Source: an uncultured Gemmatimonadales bacterium
GTDB taxonomy: Bacteria; Gemmatimonadota; Gemmatimonadetes; Gemmatimonadales; Gemmatimonadaceae
DNA: 64,000 nucleotides
Direction: 5' to 3'
NCBI GenBank assembly: GCA_963851265.1
Contig: CAWKNZ010000003.1
Location: forward strand, 128,001 to 192,000
Part shown: positions 51,312 to 61,047 of the stretch, piece after piece
Layout of the letters: each line of letters opens with the position of its first letter
Position numbering within the stretch: position 1 is the stretch's first letter
Program-made: the position numbers and the translations under genes
Notes under the pieces: generated by a model
Databases searched by the model: none
What the model was told of the DNA's origin: nothing
The model's input: the letters and a program-made list of their open reading frames with translations, nothing else

Positions 51312-53158
51312 GCGGCGGCGGGCCAGACGGCGCCGCCGCGTCGCCGATCCGCGCGGTCGCGTACCTCACGGCCGTGTCGCTGAAGAACCGGGTGCTCGTG
51401 CAACTGCGTCGCCTGCGCTCGCCCCGGGCGCTGGTCGCGGCGGCCGCGGGCGCGGCGTACATGTGGTATTTCCTGTTCCGGCAGGACGCGCGTTCGGCGG
51501 CCGGCTCGCTGCTGACCGGGGCGTCGTGGCCGTTGCGGGTCGCGGCGCTGGTCGCGTTAGGCTTCCCCGCGTTCTGGTGGCTCGCGCGCGGGGGCAAGGA
51601 GGCGTCGGGCGCGCTCGCGTTCACGCCGGCGGAAGAGTACCTCTTGTTCGCCGCGCCGGTGTCGCGTCGCGGACTCGTCCACTGGAAGCTGTGGCGGGCG
51701 CAGCTCGCCGTGCTGTTCAACACCGTGCTGTTCACGGTGCTGTTGCGCGGGGGCGCCGGGCACGCGGGGGCCTGGGCGCGCGCGCTCTCGCTGTGGCTGG
51801 TGTTCTCGACCCTGCAGCTGCACCGGCTCGCCGCGGCGCTCGTCACGGGGCCGGCCGACGGGCGGGGTGCGGCGGGTGGACGCGGGACGGCCGAGCGCGG
51901 CGGGCGCTCGGTCGTGGCGCGGTGGGCGCCGGCGGCGGTTCTCGCCGCGTTGGTCGGGGCCGTGGCGGTCACGCTCGCGCCGCGGGCGGGCGCGCTCGCG
52001 GCGGCGTGGGACGCCGGGTTCGGCGCGTTCGGAACGATGCTCGGCGCGGCGCTCGACCAGACGCCGGCGCGGTGGGCGCTCTGGCCCACGCGCGCGCTGC
52101 TCGCGCCGCTGTTCGCGCTCGGGGCCCAGGCCGCGTCGTATCAGGGCGTCGGCGGCGCGTTCGGCGACGTCACGGCACGACAGCGCTGGGCGGCGACGCT
52201 GCTCCCGGCGGTGCTCCTCGTCGCGGCGCATTACTTCTGGGTGATCCGCATCGACGCGCGCCTCACGGAGCTCGCCCTCGACGCGGGCGAGGCCAAGCGC
52301 CGCGCGCGCGCGAAGGCCCGCACGCGGGCGCCGGGCGCGGGGGCGCGACGGACGCTGCGGCTGGCGCCCGTCGGTCCACCCGCGGTCGCCCTGGTGTGGA
52401 AGAACTGGCTCGCGTTCACGCGGGCGACGGCGCTGGTGCGCGTGCTCACGCTCCTCGGGGTCGCTGCCGCCGGGACGCTCGCCGCGACGATGCGCAGTCC
52501 GCGGTTCGCGGAGCTGGCCACCGTCGTCGCGGCGACGTGGGGGGCGCTCCTCGTCGCCGCGGGACCGCTCTGGGTGCGCTACGACATCCGCCACGATCTA
52601 CCGCACCTGCCGTTCCTCAAGGCTGTGCCGATCGCTGGGCGGACGCTCGTCGCCGCGGAGATCACCGCGTCGGTGCTGGCCCTGACCGGAGTGCAGCTTG
52701 CGGCGCTCGCCTTTCTCCTGATCGCGGCGGCCGGCGCGCGGGACGAGTTCGGACTCCGGCCGGCGGAGCGCGCCGTGTATGCGCTCGCGCTCGCCATTGC
52801 GTTGCCGGGGTTGAACGCGGCGACGCTCACCGTCCAGAACGGGATCGCCCTGCTCTTCCCGGCCTGGGTGCGCCAGCCGGGGGGGAGCGCGCGCGGGATC
52901 GAGGCGACCGGACAGAACCTCGTCGGAACCGCACTCACACTCGCCGCGTCGGCCGTGCTGCTGGCGATCCCCGCGGGACTCGCCCTCGCCCTCGTGTGGG
53001 CGCTTCGACGCTCGGCCGCCGCCGCGCTCGGCCCGTGGCTCGCGGTGCCGGCCGCCGCGCTCTTCACACTCGGCGCGGCCGGCGTGTTGTGGCCCGTGGT
53101 CGGCTGGCTCGGCCGGGTGTTCGATCGCACCGATCCGATCGAGACGACGCCCGCGTGA
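51308..53158 (+). CDS. Putative ABC exporter membrane protein
   Basis: Many TM segments; FTPAEEYLLFAAPVSRR; start overlaps ATPase stop. Confidence 0.82.
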   Translation: MSGGGPDGAAASPIRAVAYLTAVSLKNRVLVQLRRLRSPRALVAAAAGAAYMWYFLFRQDARSAAGSLLTGASWPLRVAALVALGFPAFWWLARGGKEASGALAFTPAEEYLLFAAPVSRRGLVHWKLWRAQLAVLFNTVLFTVLLRGGAGHAGAWARALSLWLVFSTLQLHRLAAALVTGPADGRGAAGGRGTAERGGRSVVARWAPAAVLAALVGAVAVTLAPRAGALAAAWDAGFGAFGTMLGAALDQTPARWALWPTRALLAPLFALGAQAASYQGVGGAFGDVTARQRWAATLLPAVLLVAAHYFWVIRIDARLTELALDAGEAKRRARAKARTRAPGAGARRTLRLAPVGPPAVALVWKNWLAFTRATALVRVLTLLGVAAAGTLAATMRSPRFAELATVVAATWGALLVAAGPLWVRYDIRHDLPHLPFLKAVPIAGRTLVAAEITASVLALTGVQLAALAFLLIAAAGARDEFGLRPAERAVYALALAIALPGLNAATLTVQNGIALLFPAWVRQPGGSARGIEATGQNLVGTALTLAASAVLLAIPAGLALALVWALRRSAAAALGPWLAVPAAALFTLGAAGVLWPVVGWLGRVFDRTDPIETTPA

Positions 53159-53288
53159 ACGTCGCCCGGTCGCTCGACGACGGCCGCTTGCCGGCGCCCG
53201 GCGACGTGATCGCGACGCGTCAAGCCGATACTTTGGTGCGAATGATTGTGGCGTGACCGCAGGGGCACGCTCGCGTCTCTGACGTACC

Positions 53289-53720
53289 ATGACCATCGAA
53301 TTCCTCACCGCACGTGGCGTCGACCACGTGGTCTACGCCGCCGACGCGCTCAGCTCAATGGAGCTCGACGCGCTTCCGTACGGGATGATCCAGCTCGACT
53401 CGCGGGGCGTGGTGCTGCGCTACAGCAGCGCCGAAGCCCGGCTGAGCGGGCTCGACGCGGGGGACACGGTGGGGCGCGACTTCTTCCGAGAGGTCGCACC
53501 CTGCACGCAGGTCGCGGAGTTCTACGGGCGGTTTCAGGACGGGGTGCGGGCGCGCCAGCTCGACGTCGTGTTCAACTTCCGTTTCGAGTTCCGGCCGCCG
53601 AAAGACGTGCGCATCCACCTGTTCTATTCCAAGGCGACGCGTTCGGTGTGGGTGAAGGTCGTCGACCTCACCGAAGTGACCGAGGCGGAAGAACCGGCTC
53701 GCGCCGGCCGCTCCGACTGA
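53289..53720 (+). CDS. pyp: Photoactive yellow protein homologue
   Basis: LDALPYGMIQLD..LRYSSAE..GRDFFREVAPCT..FYGRF..VWV; equivalents of Y42, E46 and C69 present. Confidence 0.88.
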   Translation: MTIEFLTARGVDHVVYAADALSSMELDALPYGMIQLDSRGVVLRYSSAEARLSGLDAGDTVGRDFFREVAPCTQVAEFYGRFQDGVRARQLDVVFNFRFEFRPPKDVRIHLFYSKATRSVWVKVVDLTEVTEAEEPARAGRSD

Positions 53721-53728
53721 AGCCTGCC

Positions 53729-55471
53729 GTGGCGTATCGCACTCTCGAGGCATCACCGAACGCTCCCGACCCGGCGCTGCTGTACCGCGCCCTGCTCGAC
53801 TCGCACCCGGAGCCGACGTTCACGCTCGACCGTTCGGGCGCGATCCGGGAGTGCAACCGCGCGTTCGCGCATTTCGTCGGGCGACCGAGTCGTGCCCTCG
53901 TCGGGGAGTCGTTCGCCTCGCTCGTGCTGCCCGGGCACCGGCCCGCGGCGGAACAGGCGTGGGCGGTCGCGTCGATGGGGCGGGCGCAGTCCTGGCAGGC
54001 GGAGTTCGTCGGTCCGGACGACACGGTGAGCATCGCGTACGTCACGCTCGTACCGGTGGTCGTGGACGCGGACGTGGTGGGGCTGCAGGGGATCGCGCGC
54101 GACGTCACCGTCTATCAGGTGATCGAGGAGCAGCTGCAGGCGCGCGTCTTCACCGACCCGCTCACCGGACTGGCGAGCCGCACGCAGCTGTTGGAGGGCG
54201 CGGCGCGCGCGTGCCGGCGGGCCGAGCGGCCGCAGTCGGTGGCGATGCTCTTTCTGGACCTCGACGACTTCAAGCTCGTGAACGACGCGCTCGGGCACGC
54301 GATCGGCGACCAGGTGCTGGCCGCGGTGGGGGCGCGGCTTCGGCGCGCGACACGCGGCGCCGACCTGCCGGCGCGGCTCGGCGGCGACGAGTTCGCGGTG
54401 CTGCTCGATGCGCTCGCGACGCCCGAGGACGCGGCGGTGGTCGTGGAGCGGATCTCCGCGGCGCTGTGTGAGCCGCTCGTCGTGGACGGGCGGTCGATCA
54501 CGACGGTGGCGAGCATCGGGGTGGCGCACTGGGACGGCGCGGCCACGCCTGCGGAGTTGCTGCGGAACGCGGACCTCGCCATGTACCGGGCGAAGTCGTT
54601 AGGCAAGGGGCGGCACGCCGTGTACGACGCGGGCATGCAGGCCGCCGCGCGCGCGCGCCTCGAGCTGGCGAGCGATCTGCGCGCCGCGCTGCGCGGCGAC
54701 GCGGACGGCGGGATGCTGCACGCGGCCTACCAGCCGATCGTGGACGCGGCGAGCGGAGTGCCGGTGAAGGCCGAGGCGCTCGCGCGCTGGACGCACCCGA
54801 CGCGCGGCCCGGTGTCGCCGGGCGAGTTCATCCCGGTGGCGGAGGAGACGGGGCTGATCGAGGAATTGGGCGCGTTCATGCTGCGCGCGGGGTGCCGACA
54901 GTTGCGCGCGTGGGCGGACGCGGCATGCGAGTCGGGCGCCGCGCCGATCGGGGTGACGGTGAACGTGTCGGGGCGGCAGATCGAGCGCGGGACGCTCGTC
55001 GCGACGGTGCGCGAGGTGCTCGCGCAGACCGGCGCCGACCCGGACGGGCTGACGCTCGAACTCACCGAGAGCGTGGCGATGCGCGACCCGCAGCGCGTCC
55101 TCGCGACGCTGACCGCGCTCACGTCGTTGGGCGTGAAGCTCGCGATCGACGATTTCGGCACGGGGTACTCTTCGCTGTCGTACCTGCAGCGGTTTCCGCT
55201 CGACGCGCTGAAGATCGACAAGAGCTTCGTCGACGGGCTCGCGCTCGATGGCGCGGCGGGGGTGCAGGCGGCGGGGCTGGTGCGGGCGGTGGTGCAGATG
55301 GCCGCGGCGCTCGGGCTGCAGACGGTCGCGGAGGGCGTGGAGACCGCGGCGCAGTTCGAGGCGGTGCGCGCACTCGGCTGCGACCTCGCGCAGGGCTACC
55401 ACTTCGGCCGGCCGGGGACGGCCGCGGCGGTGGACGCGCTGGCGGACGCGGCGCCCGCGGCACGCGCCTAA
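53729..55471 (+). CDS. PAS-GGDEF-EAL diguanylate cyclase/phosphodiesterase
   Basis: PAS; DPLTGL, DLDDFK, RGAD I-site, GGDEF; EALARW, DDFGTGYSS, KIDKSF, AEGVE, QGY. Confidence 0.95.
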   Translation: MAYRTLEASPNAPDPALLYRALLDSHPEPTFTLDRSGAIRECNRAFAHFVGRPSRALVGESFASLVLPGHRPAAEQAWAVASMGRAQSWQAEFVGPDDTVSIAYVTLVPVVVDADVVGLQGIARDVTVYQVIEEQLQARVFTDPLTGLASRTQLLEGAARACRRAERPQSVAMLFLDLDDFKLVNDALGHAIGDQVLAAVGARLRRATRGADLPARLGGDEFAVLLDALATPEDAAVVVERISAALCEPLVVDGRSITTVASIGVAHWDGAATPAELLRNADLAMYRAKSLGKGRHAVYDAGMQAAARARLELASDLRAALRGDADGGMLHAAYQPIVDAASGVPVKAEALARWTHPTRGPVSPGEFIPVAEETGLIEELGAFMLRAGCRQLRAWADAACESGAAPIGVTVNVSGRQIERGTLVATVREVLAQTGADPDGLTLELTESVAMRDPQRVLATLTALTSLGVKLAIDDFGTGYSSLSYLQRFPLDALKIDKSFVDGLALDGAAGVQAAGLVRAVVQMAAALGLQTVAEGVETAAQFEAVRALGCDLAQGYHFGRPGTAAAVDALADAAPAARA

Positions 55472-55569
55472 CCGTACCGCCGTCTGCGGACGGTCGCGCC
55501 GAACGCGCGAGCGGGCGGCGCTCGGTGCGCCGCCCGCTCGTCATTCGGAACGCGGGGTGTACGCCGCGA

Positions 55570-55767
55570 TCACTCCGACAGCTTGCGCTCCACCTTGCCG
55601 AGGGCGTCCTGCGCCTTGCCCTTGAGCTGGTCGAGCTTGCCCTCGCCCTGGAGCTGGCTGTCGCCGGTGAGGCCGCCCGCCGCGTCCTTGAGCTTGCCCT
55701 TGAGGTCGCTGCCCTTGCCGGACACCGAGTCGTTCACGCCCTGGTCGTATGTGCGATCGTCAGCCAT
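55570..55767 (-). CDS. CsbD family stress protein
   Basis: KGKLKDAAGGLTGD..EGKLDQLKGKAQ; AAGGAG Shine-Dalgarno. Confidence 0.9.
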   Translation of the reverse strand: MADDRTYDQGVNDSVSGKGSDLKGKLKDAAGGLTGDSQLQGEGKLDQLKGKAQDALGKVERKLSE

Positions 55768-55974
55768 GGGAATCTCCTTGGAGGAAGCTACGCGTCGCCT
55801 TCGCGAGTGTCCCCCGGCGGTGGCGGCGCGTGGCGCGCGGGGTGACGGGCACGAGATAAGGCAAACACGGGGCCGCCACGGGGCGACGGGGCGAAGCCGG
55901 GCATGCGACGCGCGAGGCCAAACGCACGGCGTGCACTATCTTGCGTTGGCACGCTTCCCCATCTGCCAGATCGC

Positions 55975-56679
55975 ATGCCCCGAGACCGCGACGACCACTT
56001 CGCCGGCGAGCACGACCCGGACGACCACGAGCCGGACGAGCACGAGCCCGACGAGCCGGACGAGCCCGAGTCGGACGACGAGGACTATGACGCCGCCGAC
56101 GATGACGACGACGATGAGGACGAAGATGACGACGGCGAGCCGCAGCGGCCGGCCGTGTTCATCACGACCGCGCAGCCCGTAGATCTTTCGGTGACGCGGA
56201 TCGAGGACGAGCGTGCGCCGGACGGCGCGGCACTTGGCGCGTTCATCGACGGGCGCCTCGTCGCACGGTCGGCGATGCCGGCGGAGGCGATCGACCGTCT
56301 CCTCGCGCTCGGGCTGTTCGACACCCCGGTGCCGCTCGGGCTGTTCGCCTACGAGGAGGAGCCGGGGCTCCAGTGTCGGCTGTTCGCGCTCGTGCCGAGC
56401 GGGATGCTGGAGGAGGCCGGGCACGCGGACGAGCCGTGGAAGGCGAGCGTGCCGAGCTACGAGGACCGGCTGGCGCGCGGGGGGGACGACGACGACGAGG
56501 ACGACGGGCCGTCGCTGGAGACGATCCTGCTCGGGCACATCGTGCGGTTCGCCGGGGATCGGAAGCACCCGGACGACCTCGCGGCCGAGGCCGTCGACAT
56601 CCTGCACAAGATCCTGACCGGCGGCCCGCTGGCCGACGCGAACAGCAAGGCGATCGACGACCTGCTGGACAGCCTGTAA
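55975..56679 (+). CDS. Hypothetical protein with highly acidic N-terminus
   Basis: Long Asp/Glu tract followed by a globular-looking region; followed by a strong hairpin. Confidence 0.75.
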   Translation: MPRDRDDHFAGEHDPDDHEPDEHEPDEPDEPESDDEDYDAADDDDDDEDEDDDGEPQRPAVFITTAQPVDLSVTRIEDERAPDGAALGAFIDGRLVARSAMPAEAIDRLLALGLFDTPVPLGLFAYEEEPGLQCRLFALVPSGMLEEAGHADEPWKASVPSYEDRLARGGDDDDEDDGPSLETILLGHIVRFAGDRKHPDDLAAEAVDILHKILTGGPLADANSKAIDDLLDSL

Positions 56680-56686
56680 TCCCGGA

Positions 56687-56726
56687 ACGCAGAAGACCCC
56701 CGCGACACCGCGGGGGTCTTCTGCGT
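56687..56726. terminator. Hairpin between convergent genes, probable bidirectional terminator
   Basis: 18-bp perfect stem ACGCAGAAGACCCCCGCG, loop ACAC. Confidence 0.8.
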
Positions 56727-56740
56727 GCGTCGCCGGTGCG

Positions 56741-56977
56741 TTAGGCGGCGAGCTGGGTGCCGTGGGCCGGGCGCCAGCCGCGCGAGCGGCGGCCGGTCTT
56801 GATGAGTTCGAAGCGTGCCGGCGGGAAGCCGTGGACTCCGATCTCCAGCGTGTCGCCGAGATGGGCCTCGGCCTGCTCGGCGATCGCGTCGAGCGCCTCG
56901 CGGAACGAATCGCTGGTCACCGCGCCGGCTTCGCGCACGGTGCCTTCGTTGGCGAGGGAGAACTGGAAGCGGGGCAT
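56741..56977 (-). CDS. Small hypothetical protein
   Basis: MPRFQFSLANEG..LEIGVHGFPPARF; AGGAG Shine-Dalgarno. Confidence 0.7.
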   Translation of the reverse strand: MPRFQFSLANEGTVREAGAVTSDSFREALDAIAEQAEAHLGDTLEIGVHGFPPARFELIKTGRRSRGWRPAHGTQLAA

Positions 56978-57136
56978 GGTCGTCTCCTGGGGTGGAAAGG
57001 CCGGGGACTGGCGACGCGAGCACACCGAACGCGACGACGTAACGCGAGCGCCGTGCCGAGCCGCCGCCGGCTGCGTTAGAGTACCCCGGCGCGCGTGCGG
57101 CGTTCGCCGCGCGCCCTCCCGACGCCCCCACTTCGC

Positions 57137-58138
57137 ATGGCCGACTTCCGCCCCAGCGCGCCCGCGCACGTCCAGCCGCTCGCGACCTCGTCGGGCAGTG
57201 TCGACACGTGGTGCATCGACCTGAACTTTCAGGGGCACCCGAACGCGGTCGCCGCGTACCTGCTCGCCGACGGCGACGATCTGTTGCTGGTCGAGACGGG
57301 GCCGGGGTCGACGCTCGACGCGCTCGAGGCGGGCGTGCGGGCCGCGGGGTTCGCGCTCGACCAGCTCACGGGCGTGGTGGTCACGCACATCCACCTCGAC
57401 CACGCGGGCGGCGCGGGGGCGGTGCTCGCGCGCGCGCCGCGGGCGCGCTTCTACGTGCACCCGCGCGGCGCGGCGCACATGATCGACCCGTCGAAGCTGG
57501 TCGCGAGCGCGACGCGCATCTACGGCGCGGACATGGATCGGCTGTGGGGGTCGTTCGAGGCGGTGCCGGCGGAGCGCCTCACCCAACTGGCCGACGGCGA
57601 CGCGGTGCGCTGCGGTGGGCGGACGCTCACCGCGCTGCACACGCCGGGGCACGCGGTGCACCACGTGGTGCTGCACGAGGCCGAGCGCGGCGACGTGTAC
57701 GCGGGCGACGTGGCCGGCGTGCGCGTGGGGCCGATGCGCGTCGTGGTGCCGCCCACGCCGCCGCCGGACATCGACCCGCCGGCATGGCGCGAGAGCATCG
57801 CGCGCATCCGGGCGCTCGCACCGCGGCGGTTGCTGCTGACGCACTTCGGCGCGTTCGACGACGCGGCGTGGCACCTGGACGACTGCCTCACGCGCCTGTA
57901 CGCGTGGACGGGTTACGTGGAGGGACGGTTGGACGCGGCGGGCGGCGTGGGTGCCGCGACGCCGGCGGTGCTGGCCGAGGTGGGGGCCGCGCTGGCCGCG
58001 CGGGCGCGCCGGGAGTTCGACGCGGCCGGCGCGGGTGCCGACACGGTGGGAAGCTCCGAGGCGGCGATGCCGATGAACACCGCGCTGCCGGGGATCGTGC
58101 GCTGGCTGCAGGTGCGGGACCGGGCGCCGCGCGCGTGA
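57137..58138 (+). CDS. MBL-fold metallo-hydrolase
   Basis: THIHLDHAGG, HTPGHAVHH, GD, THFG. Confidence 0.92.
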   Translation: MADFRPSAPAHVQPLATSSGSVDTWCIDLNFQGHPNAVAAYLLADGDDLLLVETGPGSTLDALEAGVRAAGFALDQLTGVVVTHIHLDHAGGAGAVLARAPRARFYVHPRGAAHMIDPSKLVASATRIYGADMDRLWGSFEAVPAERLTQLADGDAVRCGGRTLTALHTPGHAVHHVVLHEAERGDVYAGDVAGVRVGPMRVVVPPTPPPDIDPPAWRESIARIRALAPRRLLLTHFGAFDDAAWHLDDCLTRLYAWTGYVEGRLDAAGGVGAATPAVLAEVGAALAARARREFDAAGAGADTVGSSEAAMPMNTALPGIVRWLQVRDRAPRA

Positions 58139-59046
58139 CGACGCCGGTGACGCCGTCGGCGACCGCGCCGGCCGCGGCGCCGGGCGAGGTGCCGGGCGAG
58201 GTGCCCGCCGTCCCCGTGGTGACGGCGCGGCGCTACGTGCAGCCGCTGCGCGAGGGCGGGTCGCTGCCGGCGGTGGTCGAGGGCGACGACGGCGGGCTCT
58301 GGGTGGCGAAATTCCGTGGTGCCGGGCAGGGCGCGCGGGTGCTCATCGCGGAGCTCGTCGTCGGGCTGCTGGCGCAGGCGTTAGGCCTGCCGGTGCCGGC
58401 GCTCGCCGTGGTCGACGTGCCCGCCGAGTTCGGGCGCATCGAGCGCGACCCGGAGATCCAGGACCTGCTGCGGAAGAGCGAGGGGGTGAACGTCGGGCTG
58501 CGGTACCTCGACGGCGCGTTCAACTTCGATCCGCTCGCGGCGGGCTCGCTCATCGAGCCCGCGTTCGCGGCGCGGGTGGTGTGGCTGGACGCGTACACGA
58601 CCAACCCGGACCGGTCGGCGCGCAACCCGAACCTGATGGTGTGGGACCGGCGCCCGTGGCTGATCGATCACGGGGCGGCGCTCTACGTGCAGCACGACTG
58701 GCGCGGGGTGGACGCGTCGCGCGCGCTCGCGCCGTTCCCGCTCGTGCGGCAGCACGTGCTGCTGGCGGCGAGCGCGGACCTGCGCGCGGCGGACGCGGCG
58801 CTGGCGCCGCTCGTGACGGACGCGCTGTTGCACGCCGTGCTGGGGCGCGTGCCGGACGCGCTGTTCGCCGACCCGTCGGGGCCGGTGGGCGCGGGGGAGT
58901 TCGCGGACGCGGGCGCGGCGCGGGCGCGCTACGCGGCGTATCTGGGCGACCGCGTGCGCGGACGCGCGGCGTGGCTCGACGCGGCCGTCGCGGCGCGCGA
59001 GGCCGTGCGGGCGGCGCCGCCGGAACGGCTTCGGGCGAGGCGGTGA
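58135..59046 (+). CDS. HipA-like kinase
   Basis: PLREGGSLP..VAKFRGAGQG, NPDRSARNPN, LIDHG. Confidence 0.85.
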   Translation: MTTPVTPSATAPAAAPGEVPGEVPAVPVVTARRYVQPLREGGSLPAVVEGDDGGLWVAKFRGAGQGARVLIAELVVGLLAQALGLPVPALAVVDVPAEFGRIERDPEIQDLLRKSEGVNVGLRYLDGAFNFDPLAAGSLIEPAFAARVVWLDAYTTNPDRSARNPNLMVWDRRPWLIDHGAALYVQHDWRGVDASRALAPFPLVRQHVLLAASADLRAADAALAPLVTDALLHAVLGRVPDALFADPSGPVGAGEFADAGAARARYAAYLGDRVRGRAAWLDAAVAAREAVRAAPPERLRARR

Positions 59047-59504
59047 GCGGCGGGGCTGGCGACGCGGGCCCGCTGGTCGCGTACGACTACGCGGTGCTGC
59101 GGGCGGTGCCGCACCCGCAGCTCGGGGGTGCGGTGCGGTCGGTGCCGGTGGGCGTCGTGGTGCACGCGCGGACCGCGGGGTTTCTCGAGCTCGCCGTCGT
59201 GGACGACGAGCGGTGGCTGGCCGCGCAGATGCCGAGCGTGGACGCGGGGCTGCTCGCGCGGTACCTGCGGGCGTGCCGGGCGGTGTGCCGCGGCGAGGCG
59301 GTGGGCGAGGGGGGGTGGGTGCACGCGGTGGCGCTGGCGCCGCCGTCGGAGCGGTTCCACTGGATCACGGCGCCGCGGTCGGACGTGGTGCAGTGCGGGG
59401 CGGTGCACGGGGGGATGGCGCGGGCGTTAGGCCACGAGTTGAGGCGGTTGTTCGAGGGGTACGTCGAAGGGGGTGGCGGACCGGGGCCGCACGCGGGTCC
59501 GTGA
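59043..59504 (+). CDS. DUF3037-like protein
   Basis: YDYAVLRAVP..VGVVV..ERFHWITAPRS..VHGG; coupled to the kinase. Confidence 0.82.
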   Translation: MSGGAGDAGPLVAYDYAVLRAVPHPQLGGAVRSVPVGVVVHARTAGFLELAVVDDERWLAAQMPSVDAGLLARYLRACRAVCRGEAVGEGGWVHAVALAPPSERFHWITAPRSDVVQCGAVHGGMARALGHELRRLFEGYVEGGGGPGPHAGP

Positions 59505-59536
59505 CCCTCCGTCCCGTCGCGCCAGCGGCCGGACGA

Positions 59537-59908
59537 TCAATCGGCGTATTCCATCGCCCCCTTCGCGTCGCGGAGCATCACGCAGGCCGACGCCTCGGCG
59601 GTGTGAAAGACGAGGGCGACGGCGGGCGAAGCGGCGGGCTGCGGCGGCGTGGCGAGGCCGAGGGTGAGCGTGGTGCCACGTTGCGTGACGTCCTGGACGG
59701 CGAGGCCGGTCGCGCCGTCGGCGCCCGCCGGCGCCGTGCCGTCGGTACGTACCGCGAGTGACGAGCCGTCGCCGAATCGTACGTGCCACGTGGCCGCGGG
59801 GCTCGGCGCGAACGGACTGGCAGGGGCCGACGCAGCCGGCGCGGGCGGCTCGACGGCGGTAATGGTGCGGCCGCGGAGGAGCGGGGCGAGTTTCTGGTTG
59901 CGCGACAT
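59537..59908 (-). CDS. Hypothetical protein
   Basis: ATG ORF MSRNQKLAPLLRGRTI..VMLRDAKGAMEYAD. Confidence 0.6.
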   Translation of the reverse strand: MSRNQKLAPLLRGRTITAVEPPAPAASAPASPFAPSPAATWHVRFGDGSSLAVRTDGTAPAGADGATGLAVQDVTQRGTTLTLGLATPPQPAASPAVALVFHTAEASACVMLRDAKGAMEYAD

Positions 59909-59946
59909 GGGGGGCGCGGGTAGCGGGCGCGGGTAGCGGGGCTAGG

Positions 59947-60579
59947 TCAGTTGCCGTCGGGCGGGCCGCCAAAGTGCTTGCGATACGCGGCGACCCAGTC
60001 GCCCGCGATCTCCTGCTGCGCGGTGGCGAGGTCCTCCTGGCCGGCGCAGACGAGGCGGTGGAGCTCGTTCTCCAGGCGGTCCTTGGTGTGCGCGTTCCAG
60101 GGCTGCGTCCGGAACGACTCCGGCCAGAGATTGCGGATCGAGTTGGAGCCGCCCAGTTCGAGCGAGATCAGGTGGTCGACCTCGTACTCACCGGGCTCGT
60201 GCGACGCGATGCCGTACTCGTCGTAGGCCTGCCGTTTGACGCCGGAGGGGACGTTGCGCACACGGGACGAGTAGCCCGAGACGCAGATGTCCTGTGCGGT
60301 CACGTCGAGCGTGGCACCGGGCGTCATGGTCGGGTCGGGGAGGATCGGCGGCCGCGCGGCGCGCAGGGCCGCCGGATCCTCGCTCGCGAGCGTGGCAGGC
60401 TGACCGGGCTGGGCGCGCGCCGGGCGCGCGCTGCCTCGTGTCGCGGCGGGTGCCCCGGCCGAGGGCGATCCGGGGCGGAGGAGCGCGATCGCGAGCAGGA
60501 GCAGGGTGACGACGCCGAGGACTACGAGGATGCCGCCGCTGCCTGCTCCGCGGCGGTCGGTGGGACGATGATGCCGCAT
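59947..60579 (-). CDS. Membrane-anchored/secreted HNH-like protein
   Basis: N-terminal TM; YEVDHLISLELGGSNSIRNLWPE..KDRLEN. Confidence 0.78.
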   Translation of the reverse strand: MRHHRPTDRRGAGSGGILVVLGVVTLLLLAIALLRPGSPSAGAPAATRGSARPARAQPGQPATLASEDPAALRAARPPILPDPTMTPGATLDVTAQDICVSGYSSRVRNVPSGVKRQAYDEYGIASHEPGEYEVDHLISLELGGSNSIRNLWPESFRTQPWNAHTKDRLENELHRLVCAGQEDLATAQQEIAGDWVAAYRKHFGGPPDGN

Positions 60580-60666
60580 GCGACGCTCCAGATTGGGGGA
60601 ACGGCCGAGAAGCTACGGGGGGTCGCGGACGTCGTCGTGCGATACCGATGCAGCGCGCGCATGCGG

Positions 60667-61047
60667 TCAGCGTACGACGTATGTCAGTCGCTGGCGTTTG
60701 GGGTGGGCGGAGCAGAAGCCGCCGTACACGCCGGGGGTGGCGATGGTGAAGTCGCGCGACTCGCCGGGGGCAGACGGGAAGATCCCGAGGGTGGCGCGGG
60801 CGGTGTCGTGGTTGACGATGCGAACGGTCGTCTCGCGGCCGCGAGCCTGAAGGAAGATCGTGTCGGGAAGTGGAGCGCGGCGTCCGAAGCGATCAACGAC
60901 CGACCCGATGCCGCCGCGCGCGACGTCGAGTACGAGATCGGGGTGCGGCCACGTCCACCAGGCCGCGAGCCCCGTGAGCGCGATGATCCCGCCGAGGCCG
61001 ACGGCGCGCCGAAACGATCGCGGCTCGGGGGCGGCCAGACGGTTCAT
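60667..61047 (-). CDS. Small cupredoxin-like protein
   Basis: TM segment, PGES..F..PGVYGGFCSAHP; coupled to SCO gene. Confidence 0.6.
   Translation of the reverse strand: MNRLAAPEPRSFRRAVGLGGIIALTGLAAWWTWPHPDLVLDVARGGIGSVVDRFGRRAPLPDTIFLQARGRETTVRIVNHDTARATLGIFPSAPGESRDFTIATPGVYGGFCSAHPKRQRLTYVVR

Noticed and set aside
48743..53158. 1471-aa ORF
   Set aside because: Open frame caused by high GC; only 51308-53158 looks like a real membrane protein.
53204..53231. Sigma-28 promoter for pyp (GCCGATAC at 53224)
   Set aside because: The -10 box matches the motA site, but there is no plausible -35 at the expected spacing; left uncalled.
59912..59941. Short direct repeat GGGCGCGGGTAGC x2
   Set aside because: Only two copies of a GC-rich 13-mer; not a CRISPR array or mobile-element end.
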